Below are positions 50,168 through 59,251 of a stretch of DNA of 64,000 nucleotides, in pieces (position 1 is the first letter of the stretch; each line of letters begins with the position of its first letter). The stretch comes from an uncultured Chloroflexia bacterium (GTDB taxonomy: Bacteria > Chloroflexota > Limnocylindria > Limnocylindrales > CSP1-4). A program made the translations under genes and the position numbers. The DNA lies in the NCBI GenBank assembly GCA_963776865.1, contig CAVZOG010000010.1, positions 65,430 to 129,429 on the forward strand. Reading direction: 5' to 3'. The notes under the pieces were generated by a model. It had not been told where the DNA came from. It made no database searches and was given only the letters and a program-made list of their open reading frames with translations.

Positions 50168-51008
50168 ATGGACGAAATGCAGGACACGCGCGAGCGCTGG
50201 GCGCTCGTGCTCGGATCGAGCAGCGGCTTCGGCGGGGCCGCGAGCCTCGCCCTGGCGCGCGCCGGTCACCCGATCGTCGGGGTCCACCTCGATCTGCGCG
50301 GCACAATCGCCAGCGCCAACGCCGTACGTGACGAGATCGCCGCAACGGGCGTGCCGGTCTACTTCCACAACGTCAACGCGGCCGACGACGAGCAAGCGCG
50401 CGGCAGTCATCGAGGCCACGAAGCAGACCTTCGAGGAGCGCCGGCGCGAGGGCAAGGATCCGTTCATCGCGGTCGTCCTCCACTCGCTCGCCTTCGGCAC
50501 GACGCTCTCGTACGTCACCGACGAGACCGACGGGCGCGAGGTCAGCCAGAAGCAGCTCGAGATGACGGCCGACGTGATGGCCCACTCACTGATCTACTGG
50601 GTGCGCGACCTCTTCCATGCCGGAATGCTGGGCAACGGCAGCCGCATCTTCGCCATGACGAGCGAGGGTGCGATCCGCGCTGTCCCGACCTACGGCCCGG
50701 TCAGCGCCGCGAAGGCCGCCCTCGAGGCGCACGTCCGACAGCTCGCCCTCGAGCTGATCCAGCACGGCATCACCGTCAACGCCATTCGCGCCGGCGTGAC
50801 CGACACGCCGGCGCTGCGCCGGATCCCCGGCCACGAAGAGCTGAGGCGCGTGGCCGAGGAGCGCAATCCGGGCGGTCGCCTGACGCGGCCGGAGGATGTC
50901 GCCGATGCGCTCGTCGCGCTCTCCTCACCGCGTCTGTACTGGATGACGGGCAACACGATCGGCGTCGATGGCGGCGAGCTGATGGGCTCGCGCAGCGAGG
51001 TCAAGTAG
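50168..51008 (+). CDS. SDR-superfamily oxidoreductase with enoyl-reductase-like Y-x6-K; frameshifted as assembled
   Basis: ALVLGSSSGFGGA (nucleotide loop) is in ORF 50168... The rest (..TYGPVSAAKAALE..NAIRAGVTDTPA) is in ORF 50328..51008. The junction is ~50388-50402 (NVNAADDEQ / RAAVIEATKQ). Confidence 0.7.
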
Positions 51009-51027
51009 GCCGCCGCTCGTTGAGCTG

Positions 51028-51598
51028 TCAGCCCCGGTAGCGGAAGCAGCCGGGCAGGTGATCGTCGACCAGGCCAACGGCCTGCATGAACGAGTAGACG
51101 ATCGTCGAGCCCACGAAACGAAACCCGCGCCGCTTGAGATCCTTCGACAGCGCGTCCGAAACGGGAGTCGTCGCGGGCAGGGTTCCCGGTGCCGAATTGG
51201 GCGGCCGTGGCCGCGGCGGGCCGGGCACCAGTCGCGCGAGGTAGGCGTGGAACGAGCCAATTCGGCCGTCGACCAGGTCGAGCACGGCCTGGGCGTTGCC
51301 CACCGTGGCTTCGATCTTGGCCCGGTTGCGGACGATGCCCGCGTCGGCCATCAGCCGCTCGCGGTCACGCTCGTCGAAGGCGGCCACTATCGCCGGATCG
51401 AAGCCGGCGAATGCCGACCTGAAAGCCGTCGCGCTTGCGCAGGATGGTCAGCCACGACAGGCCGGCCTGGAACGCCTCGAGCGAGAGCATCTCGAACAGA
51501 CGCTCATCATCTGTCTCGGGCCTGCCCCACTCATCGTCGTGATAGGCGATCAGGAGCGGGTCGGAGTCGGCCCACCAGCACCGGGCCGCCACGTCCAA
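51028..51598 (-). CDS. tag: DNA-3-methyladenine glycosylase I; frameshifted as assembled
   Basis: YHDDEWGRP..LSLEAFQAGLSWLTILRKR (ORF 51365..51598) continues as FRSAFAGFDP..GIVRNRAKIEA..VGSTIVYSFMQAVGLVDDH (ORF 51028..51387). The junction is ~51416-51425. Confidence 0.85.
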
Positions 51599-51612
51599 CT
51601 ACGCGCTGCGGT

Positions 51613-51876
51613 TCAGGCCCGCTTGCGAAGCTGGGCGCGGAGCGGGCCGTAGATGGCCAGCACGACTATCGCGCCGATGGTCGAGCCGATCAGGCCGGAG
51701 ATTCTGATATCAAAATCTCGTTCGAAGATCAGTGTGAAGATGGTGCCGCCGACGAACGAGCCGACGAGGCCGGCGACGAACAGCTCCCAGGTCTCGAAGT
51801 TGCGGCCCTTGCCAACCAGGTAATTGGCAATGAAACCGGCCACGAGCGCGATTACGACGAACGCGAGAATGATCAT
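51613..51876 (-). CDS. GlsB/YeaQ/YmgE (transglycosylase-associated) small membrane protein
   Basis: 87 aa with IIALVAGFIANYLV..GLVGSFVGG..GSTIGAIVVL. Confidence 0.8.
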   Translation of the reverse strand: MIILAFVVIALVAGFIANYLVGKGRNFETWELFVAGLVGSFVGGTIFTLIFERDFDIRISGLIGSTIGAIVVLAIYGPLRAQLRKRA

Positions 51877-51911
51877 TCAGGCCCCTCTGCAGTCATGTGG
51901 TCCCCCGCCTC

Positions 51912-54200
51912 TCAGTACTGGAAGAGTAACTCCCGGTACTTGGGCAGTGGCCACAGGTCGTCGGCGACCAGCGTCTCGAGCTCGTCGGCCACGGTGCGCA
52001 GCGTCTCCTGTGCCGGGATGACGTGGGCGACGAACGCCTGCGCCTCCTCCTGCACGGATCCCGCATCGTGCGCCTCGTGCTGAGCATGCTCGAGCGTGTC
52101 GATGGCGTCGCTCAGTCGATCGATCAGCTCACCGACGCGAACGGAGAGTGCCTCGACGGCGCGTGACGCCGGGCCGACCGCGTACAGCTGGCCGAGGTAG
52201 CGCACCGCCGCCGGCAGGATCATCGTGCGAGCGATGTCGATCGCGGCACTGGCCTCGATGTTGCCGACCTTGACGTAGCGCTCCCAGGCGATGTCGACAC
52301 GTGCCGCGAGCTCGCGCTCGGACAGCACCGCAAACGACGAGAAGACTGCCTTGGCCTTGGACGTGTCGAGAGCCGGCAGCGCGTCGACCGTCGACTTGTT
52401 GTTGGGCAGTCCGCGCCGCTCGGCCTCGTCGTGCCACTCGGGCGAGTAGCCGTTGCCCTCGAAGAGGACCTGCTTGTTGGCGCGGGCGATGCGCGACAGG
52501 ATCTCGGACAGCCCGTCGAAGTCGGCCGGCTCGAGCTTGTCGAGATCGTCGGCGAGCTGCTTGAGCGAGTCGGCGACGGCGGTGTTGAGCACGGTCTGCG
52601 GCCAGTAGATCGGCGCCGACGAGCCGACTGCGCGGAACTCGAACTTGTTGCCGGTGAAGGCAAACGGCGAGGTCCGGTTGCGGTCGGTTGCGTCGCGCGG
52701 CAGTGCCGGCAGCGACGAGACACCCAGGTCGAGCTGGGCGTTGCTCTTCGACTCCGACGCGGGACCCGCCTCGATCTGGCGAATGACGTCGACGAGCTGC
52801 GAGCCGAGGAAGATCGACATGATCGCCGGCGGCGCCTCGTTCGCGCCGAGACGATGGTCGTTGCCCGCATCGGCGATCGAGGCGCGCAACAGGTCGGCAT
52901 GGACGTTGACGGCGCGGATCACGGCCAGCAGGAAGGCCAGGAACTGGGCGTTGGCATGCGGGTCCGTGCCCGGGTCGAGCAGGTTCTCGCCGCTGTCGGT
53001 CGACATCGACCAGTTGTTGTGCTTGCCCGAGCCGTTGATGCCGGCGAACGGCTTCTCATGGATGAGCAGCATCAGCCCGTGCTGCAGGGCGAGCTTGCGC
53101 ATCGTCGCCATGACGACCATGTTGTGGTCAGAGCCGACCGACGTCGCCTCGTACACCGGCGCCATCTCGAACTGCGCCGGCGCGACCTCGTTGTGGCGCG
53201 TCTTGGCCGGGATGCCGAGGCGCCACAGCTCGCGGTCGAGATCCATCATGAAAGCCAGGATCCGCTCGCGGATGGGACCGAAATACTGGTCCTCCAGCTC
53301 CTGGCCCTTGGGCGACGGCGCGCCGAACAGCGTGCGACCGGTGAGCAGCAGATCGGGTCGCTGCTCGGCCAGCCGGCGGTCGACGAGGAAGTACTCCTGC
53401 TCGGGGCCGATGTTGGTGAAGACGTGCGACGCGCTGTTGTTGCCGAACCAGCGCAGGATGCGCAGCGCCTGCTTGCCGAGCGCGTCCTGCGACCGAAGCA
53501 GCGGGATCTTGTAGTCGAGCGCCTCACCGGTAAACGAGACGTACGCCGTCGGAATGGTCAGCGTCACGCCGTTCGGCTCGACCTGAAGGAAGATCGGCGA
53601 GGTCACGTCCCAGGCGGTGTAGCCGCGTGCCTCGAACGTGGCGCGGATGCCGCCCGACGGGAAGGAGCTCGCATCGGGCTCGCCCTGGAGCAGGTTCTTG
53701 CCCGAGAACTCGGTGATCGTGGCTGCCTCGCCGGAGGGCGTCAGGAAGGAGTCGTGCTTCTCGGCGGTCGAGCCGGTCATCGGCACGAACCAGTGCGTGT
53801 AGTGCGTCGCGCCGTGGGCCAGGGCCCACTCCTTCACGCCGTGCGCGACGGCATCGACGATCTGCGGGTCGAACGGCTCGTTGCCGTCGATCGTGCGCCG
53901 CAGCTTGGCGAAGATCGGCTTGGCCAGGTGCTCGCGCTGAGCGTCTTCGCCGAACACGTACTGGCCGTAGATCTCGGCGCCGGCGTGCTCCAGGTAGTCC
54001 TGCGTCTTGGCGACGCGATGGTTGGAGATGGCACTGATCGCAGATTCGCGCGCGGACATTGCTCCTCCCGGCGCGGTCGTGGCTGACGCGGCACGCGACC
54101 CGGCGCGGCCATTGCTCGTCCCGTTGGCTGAGTGACCGTTGGTGCTCGGGACGGCACGCTCCCCGACCTCGATGACCATCGTCAATGAACCCTCCGTCAC
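51912..54200 (-). CDS. glnN: Glutamine synthetase type III; start uncertain (54200, 54179 or 54059)
   Basis: Intact ORF of more than 715 aa with GSIII-like sequence (..HYTHWFVPMTGSTAEKHDSF.., ..HNEVAPAQFE.., ..GSGKHNNWS..). Confidence 0.85.
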   Translation of the reverse strand: MTEGSLTMVIEVGERAVPSTNGHSANGTSNGRAGSRAASATTAPGGAMSARESAISAISNHRVAKTQDYLEHAGAEIYGQYVFGEDAQREHLAKPIFAKLRRTIDGNEPFDPQIVDAVAHGVKEWALAHGATHYTHWFVPMTGSTAEKHDSFLTPSGEAATITEFSGKNLLQGEPDASSFPSGGIRATFEARGYTAWDVTSPIFLQVEPNGVTLTIPTAYVSFTGEALDYKIPLLRSQDALGKQALRILRWFGNNSASHVFTNIGPEQEYFLVDRRLAEQRPDLLLTGRTLFGAPSPKGQELEDQYFGPIRERILAFMMDLDRELWRLGIPAKTRHNEVAPAQFEMAPVYEATSVGSDHNMVVMATMRKLALQHGLMLLIHEKPFAGINGSGKHNNWSMSTDSGENLLDPGTDPHANAQFLAFLLAVIRAVNVHADLLRASIADAGNDHRLGANEAPPAIMSIFLGSQLVDVIRQIEAGPASESKSNAQLDLGVSSLPALPRDATDRNRTSPFAFTGNKFEFRAVGSSAPIYWPQTVLNTAVADSLKQLADDLDKLEPADFDGLSEILSRIARANKQVLFEGNGYSPEWHDEAERRGLPNNKSTVDALPALDTSKAKAVFSSFAVLSERELAARVDIAWERYVKVGNIEASAAIDIARTMILPAAVRYLGQLYAVGPASRAVEALSVRVGELIDRLSDAIDTLEHAQHEAHDAGSVQEEAQAFVAHVIPAQETLRTVADELETLVADDLWPLPKYRELLFQY

Positions 54201-54347
54201 AGCCCGGCGCCTGCCTTGATCGTGCGTCGCACGGGTGTTTCGAGTCTACGCCGGGCGAGACCCGGCTGAGGGTTGCATTCGACGTTCGGGACGGTTACGT
54301 AGCCGGGTCGAACAGGGTTTTGGTCCGCTGAAGGTATCGTTGGCGGC

Positions 54348-54890
54348 ATGGTCGTGATCATGGGTTGGGGCGACGGCAAGTCCAAGGACATGGGCGAGGT
54401 CGCGCCGACGACTTGCCCGCAGTGTCACAACGACGTGTTCCTGCATGAGGTCCAGTCCGAGAAACAGTTCAGCCTCTACTTCATCCCGCTCGGCTCGTAC
54501 AGCAAGAACCGATACCTGCTCTGTCCGATCTGCCACTTCGGTGTCCCATTGCGGCCGGAGGATCAGGCCGCGACCAGCAACATGCGCGCCGCCACATCGG
54601 TCTATCGCCACGGCAGGGTTGACGCGAGCTACTACCGGACGACCGTCGACCAGTTCTGGACACGCGTCGGCCGCGGCCCGAACGGCGCTCAGATGCTTCG
54701 CGCGCCGGCGACAATCCCGGCCGCCCGCGGAGTGGCAGCACAACCGACCGGTGTCGCCGCGGCGAACGTGCCGACGCGCGCCGGGCCGAACCTTGCCGAG
54801 CAGATCAAGAGCCTCGCCGAGCTCCACGACGGTGGCGTTCTGACCGACGCCGAGTTCGCGGCGGCCAAGCGCCGGCTGATGGACCAGTAG
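54348..54890 (+). CDS. Zinc-ribbon protein with a C-terminal SHOCT domain
   Basis: CPQCHN..(29 aa)..CPICHF, then a low-complexity linker, then a SHOCT-like LAELHDGGVLTDAEFAAAKRRL. Confidence 0.6.
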   Translation: MVVIMGWGDGKSKDMGEVAPTTCPQCHNDVFLHEVQSEKQFSLYFIPLGSYSKNRYLLCPICHFGVPLRPEDQAATSNMRAATSVYRHGRVDASYYRTTVDQFWTRVGRGPNGAQMLRAPATIPAARGVAAQPTGVAAANVPTRAGPNLAEQIKSLAELHDGGVLTDAEFAAAKRRLMDQ

Positions 54891-54901
54891 CCGACCGACC
54901 G

Positions 54902-56393
54902 TCAGGTCGAGAGGCGCCGCTCGGGCCGCTTGCCCAGCCTGGTCGACAGGTCATCGAGAAGCTGGCTGAACTCGCGCTCCACGTCCACGTAGCGATCGGC
55001 GAGCATCGCCATCTCGAGATGATCGCCATGCATTCGCGCCCATAGCCGCCGGCGCGGGAAATAGAAGGTGAGCACCAATCCGATGATCAGGCTCAGGTAG
55101 GCGAGCCAGATCAGGGTCTGGCCTGGATCCTTCTTGATGACCATGCCGGTGTACGCGCCGGCGGCGTTCCAGGTCACCGCGTAACCACCTGTCGTGCCCG
55201 GTTCGCTCGTCTGGCCGAGGCCGAGCGAGCGCAGGAAGGCGATGTTGCCGCCACCCGGCTGAGCCTCGGACGTGATGCCCGGTCAGCGCCAGCAGCGGCT
55301 CGCCGGCTGCGTTCCGGTGGAGCACGACCAACAGGCCGATGTCGGAGCCCGGGATGGTCAGGAAGCCCTGCGGCAGGCCGGCCAGCTCGCCGGCGAGCAG
55401 CACCGGCCCGTCCCACACGAGCTTGCCCGACGCGTCGTGGATCTGCAGCTGCTCGGCCGGCCCGAACGTGTTCTGGTGGAAGACGAAGCCGTTCACCTCG
55501 AGCGGGTCGTTGACGCGGATGACCTTGCGCGCGACCTCCTGGCCGTTCTGGTAGACGGCGAGGTCGGTGCGGAAGTCGGTGAACCTGCCTTCTGCGTCGG
55601 TAGGCGCCTCGAAGTGGATGTTCTTGACGAGCAGGTTGTCGGGCGTGCCGACCGCCTGCACCGGCGCGGTCTGGCCCTCGCCGAGGAAGACGACGGTTTC
55701 ATAGCCCAGGCCGACCGTCACCGCGCCCCCGGCCAGGAACAGGATCAGGCCGAGGTGGGTGAACAGCGTCGCCAGCTTGAAATATTGGTTCCGATCGCCG
55801 TAAACGTTGAGAACCTGTCCGCCGTCGTCGGTTTCGGTGGTTTCCTGGCGGATGCGGAAATGGCGTCCGCGCAGAGCTCCGGTGAGCTGGGCTGCTGCCG
55901 CGTCGTCGACGGCGGCGAAGCGCGCTCGCTCGGCGAGGCGCAGGTCGTAGAACGGCGCCGCCTGGACGACCTTGACGTTGTGTGCAGTGCGCCACAGGTT
56001 CGGCGTTCGGTCGAGCGTGCAGACGATGATGCTGACGACGAGCAGCGTGAGCAGGAAGACGAACCACGGCGCGGAGAAGACGCGAAAGAAGCCGACCCGC
56101 TCGAAGACGTCGACCATGCCCGGCCCGATGTTCAGTCCGATGACGGTTAGCGAGTCGTAGACGGCATGCATCTCGGCCATCTGCTGGGCGTAGGCGGCGG
56201 GATCGTGGAGCGCGAACGATGGCAGCTGGCGGAGCAGGGTCCCGATCACTCCGGCAATCGCCAGCAGGCTGATCTGGAACACCGCGAAGCGAACGCTGGT
56301 CAGCGTTCGCCAGACGGCCCAGCCGAGGCGTTCGAGCGGATTGAGCTGCGCGCCGGTACGACGCGGGAGGGTGATGGTCGCGATGAGAGTCAG
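54902..56393 (-). CDS. resB: Cytochrome c biogenesis protein ResB/Ccs1; frameshifted as assembled; start codon unresolved
   Basis: WRTLTSVRFAVFQISLLAIAGVIGTLL.. is a typical ResB N-terminus. The C-terminal TM segment and tail lie in ORF 54902..55177. Deleting one C from CCC 55278-55280 joins ..EPLLALTG to ITSEAQPGGGNIAF. The conserved N-terminus extends upstream of GTG 56282 with no ATG/GTG/TTG available. Confidence 0.8.
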
Positions 56394-56441
56394 TCCCTGT
56401 CTGTCAGCGGAATCCCGGTGAGTAGCGGCGGGTGTATGCCG

Positions 56442-57663
56442 TCAGGCGCCGCGCGTCGCCATGGCCGCAGCGGCTGTGGTGAGCGCCTGGTCGAAGTCGG
56501 CGACCAGGTCATCGACATCCTCCAGCCCGACTGAGACGCGGATCAGGCCCTCGGAGATCCCGGCCAGCTCCAGCCCCGCCGCGTCGAGCTGCCGGTGCGT
56601 CGTCGAGGGCGGATGGACGGCGATCGTGCGGATGCTGCCCAGCGAAGCGGTGCGCGGCGGAATCGTCAGCGCGTCGAGCAGCCGCTCGGCCGTTTCCCGA
56701 TCGCCGACGTCGAAGGCGAGCATGCCGCCGCCGGCACTCAGCGTCCGCTGCGCGACGACGAACTGAGGGTGACTTGGCAGGCCCGGGTAGTAGACCGTCC
56801 TGACCACGTCGCTCTGTTCGAGGTGGCGGGCGAGGGTGAGCGCGCTCGCAACGTGGCGCTCCATGCGGACGTGGAGCGTGGAGATGCCGCGCAGCACGAG
56901 GAAGGCGCTCAGCGGCGCGAGCCCGCCGCCGGTGTCGATCTGGACTCTGCGCACGGCGCCGATCCGCTCGCGGTCGCCGACCACGACGCCACCGAGCACG
57001 TCGCTGTGACCGCCGATCCACTTGGTCAGCGACTCGATGACGAGATCCGCGCCGAGCTCGATCGGCCGGCACAGGTATGGCGAGGCGAACGTGTTGTCGA
57101 CCGACACGGTGATGCCGCGTGCGTGGGCGAGCTCGATCAGGTCGGCCAGGTCGGTGACCACGATCGTCGGATTGGCGATCGTCTCGAGATGCAGCAGGCG
57201 CGTGTTCGGGCGCAACGCCGCCTCGACCGCGGCACGATCGGTGGCATCGACGAAGGTCGTCTCGACGCCGAAGCGTCCGAGGACGTTCTCGAGCAGGTGC
57301 GTGACGCTGCCGTACAGCGCCCGAGCGGCGACGACGTGGTCGCCGGCGCGCAAGCGTCGACACGAACGCGGCGTGAATGGCGGCCATGCCGGTCGCGAAG
57401 GCGTAGCCGGCCTCGGCCCCCTCGATCTCGGCGAGCGCGTCGGCGAGCGCGGTGGATGTCGGGTTGTCGATGCGCGAGTAGCTGTAGCCGGGCACGCGGT
57501 CGCCGAGGATGTCACCCAGCTGGGCGGCGTCCTCCGCCGAGAAGGTCACTGCCTGGTAGATCGGGACTGCGTCCGGCTGCTGGTCCACGCGTGGGGCACG
57601 CGTGGCGGCGTGGATTGCACGCGTGCCAAAGCCCGCGCCGGTGGGTCGGCGGGAATCGCTCAC
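56442..57663 (-). CDS. Cys/Met-metabolism PLP-dependent enzyme (cystathionine gamma-synthase / O-acylhomoserine sulfhydrylase family); frameshifted as assembled
   Basis: GYSYSRIDNPT..FATGMAAIHAA (ORF 56509..57663) continues as GDHVVAARALYGS..SLTKWIGGHSD (ORF 56442..57515). The junction is ~57341-57352. Confidence 0.8.
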
Positions 57664-57691
57664 GCGGTGATGCTACAGCCGCCCCGACTTT

Positions 57692-57730
57692 CGACCTGCC
57701 GCCACGGCGTCTCCGATCTGCCGCCACGGC
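57692..57730. promoter_or_regulatory. Two 17-bp direct repeats, 22-bp period, upstream of the Cys/Met PLP-enzyme gene
   Basis: CGACCTGCCGCCACGGC (57692-57708) and CGATCTGCCGCCACGGC (57714-57730) differ at one position. They lie 29-67 nt upstream of GTG 57663 (minus strand). Confidence 0.5.
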
Positions 57731-57762
57731 TCTCGAGCTGCGGCCCGAATCTTGACCGAGGC

Positions 57763-59181
57763 TCAGCCGATCAGCGATCTCGCCGATACCCGGCGACGGT
57801 CTCCCACGGCGCCGGTCCCGTCGACTGAGGCGGCACCGGACCGCGCTGCTGCACCTGCGGCGGGGGTGGTCCGCGGCGGTTGTGGCGGAGGCGGCCGGTT
57901 GGGCGGTGGTTGTGGCGGCGCGGACCGCTGCGAGCCGCGGAGCCGAGAGGGTGGCGCCACCTGGCGAGCGAAGCGGACGATCTGGTCGCGTCCACGTCGC
58001 TTGGCCTCGTACATGGCCAGATCGGCGCGGCGCACCAGCTCAGCCGCGGTCCTGCCATCCTCCGGGTACGCCACCAGGCCGATCGATGCGGTCGTCCGAA
58101 TGAGCGCCCGGTCGTGACTCAACGCAAGACGGGCGATATCGACGCGGATCTTCTCCGCGACGAGACCAGCGCCGTTGATCTCCGTCTCGGGCAGGATGAG
58201 CACGAACTCGTCGCCCGCGTAGCGTGCGGGCACGTCCGTGGCCCGCACGTCGCGACGCATGATCTCGCCCACCGCGCGGAGCAGCCGGTCACCCGAGTCG
58301 TGCCCAAAACGGTCATTGGCCGCCTTGAGTCCGTCGAGATCGATCATCAGCAGCCCGAACGGCCGGCCGCTGCGGGCCGCGCGTCGGATCTCCTGCTCGA
58401 GCGCGCCGGCGAGGTACGCGCGGCTGTACAGGCCGGTCAGGTGGTCGAAGCGCGACAGGCGCAGTGCCTCGTCGCGCGCGCGACGCTGCTCACGGCCGAT
58501 GACCGCCGCGATGTAGGTGATGAGCGCGAGCGCGACGAGGTTGAAGGCCACCTGGCCCACCGCTGCCGATGGGAGCGGCGAAGGCCCGGCGACGAGCACC
58601 GCGACGACGTAGGCGGCACTGGCGATGCCGGCCAGCAGCGGTGGGCCATAACCCACCGACCAGAGCGCGGCCGCGCCGACGAGCAGCACGTAGCCGAAGA
58701 AGTACGGGCTCGCGTAGCCGCCGGTCAAGATCAGCAGCACGGTCAGCAGGACGACCGCCGATCCAGCCTCGATGGGCGTCCGCCAGCGGCCGAACGCGCG
58801 CGCCGGCAGCAGCTCCTGGAAGAGGACGATCAGAAAGAAGCCGAGCGCAAGCAAGAGGTAGACGGCGATCTGGGAAGGTCCGCCGGTCAGCGTGGCGACA
58901 ACCAGCACGGCACCAAGGAAAAGGAAGCTGACCACGCGCACAACGCGGTGATAGACGTTCGCCGGTACGCCCTGGCTGTCCGCACCGTGGACCGGGACGG
59001 CACGTCCATCGGTGTCGGCGGGATTGCGCTCGGCCCAGCTGTCCGCGTCGTAGTCGAGATCGGCCTGGTCTGCCGTGGCCGCTCCCCGCCGGCCAAGGCG
59101 TGGCAATTCGAGGGCCATCAGCAGAACGAGGTTGGCCGCGACGACGACGGCGAGCAGGAGGGCTAGCTGATCGATGTGCAC
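57763..59181 (-). CDS. Membrane-anchored diguanylate cyclase (GGDEF domain, AGDEF variant) with a Pro-rich C-terminal tail
   Basis: About 7 TM segments, then FDHLTGLYSR..LMIDLDGLKAANDRFGH..RATDVPARYAGDEFVLIL. RxxD sits five residues before the signature. Tail PPQPPPNRPPPPQPP. Confidence 0.85.
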   Translation of the reverse strand: MHIDQLALLLAVVVAANLVLLMALELPRLGRRGAATADQADLDYDADSWAERNPADTDGRAVPVHGADSQGVPANVYHRVVRVVSFLFLGAVLVVATLTGGPSQIAVYLLLALGFFLIVLFQELLPARAFGRWRTPIEAGSAVVLLTVLLILTGGYASPYFFGYVLLVGAAALWSVGYGPPLLAGIASAAYVVAVLVAGPSPLPSAAVGQVAFNLVALALITYIAAVIGREQRRARDEALRLSRFDHLTGLYSRAYLAGALEQEIRRAARSGRPFGLLMIDLDGLKAANDRFGHDSGDRLLRAVGEIMRRDVRATDVPARYAGDEFVLILPETEINGAGLVAEKIRVDIARLALSHDRALIRTTASIGLVAYPEDGRTAAELVRRADLAMYEAKRRGRDQIVRFARQVAPPSRLRGSQRSAPPQPPPNRPPPPQPPRTTPAAGAAARSGAASVDGTGAVGDRRRVSARSLIG

Positions 59182-59251
59182 CTTGCGGTCACGAACGCCC
59201 TGTCTGGGGTGGGTAGGGCGCAGTTACCCAGGCATTGAGCTCAGACAGCGG

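Noticed and set aside
52431-54086. 551-aa plus-strand ORF
   Set aside because: It is antisense to the intact type III glutamine synthetase gene and has no recognisable motif.
57664-57762. SAM riboswitch upstream of the Cys/Met PLP-enzyme gene
   Set aside because: I could not find the conserved SAM-I or SAM-IV core sequences or a convincing multi-stem fold. The region is dominated by a direct repeat, not by nested helices. A covariance-model scan would be decisive.
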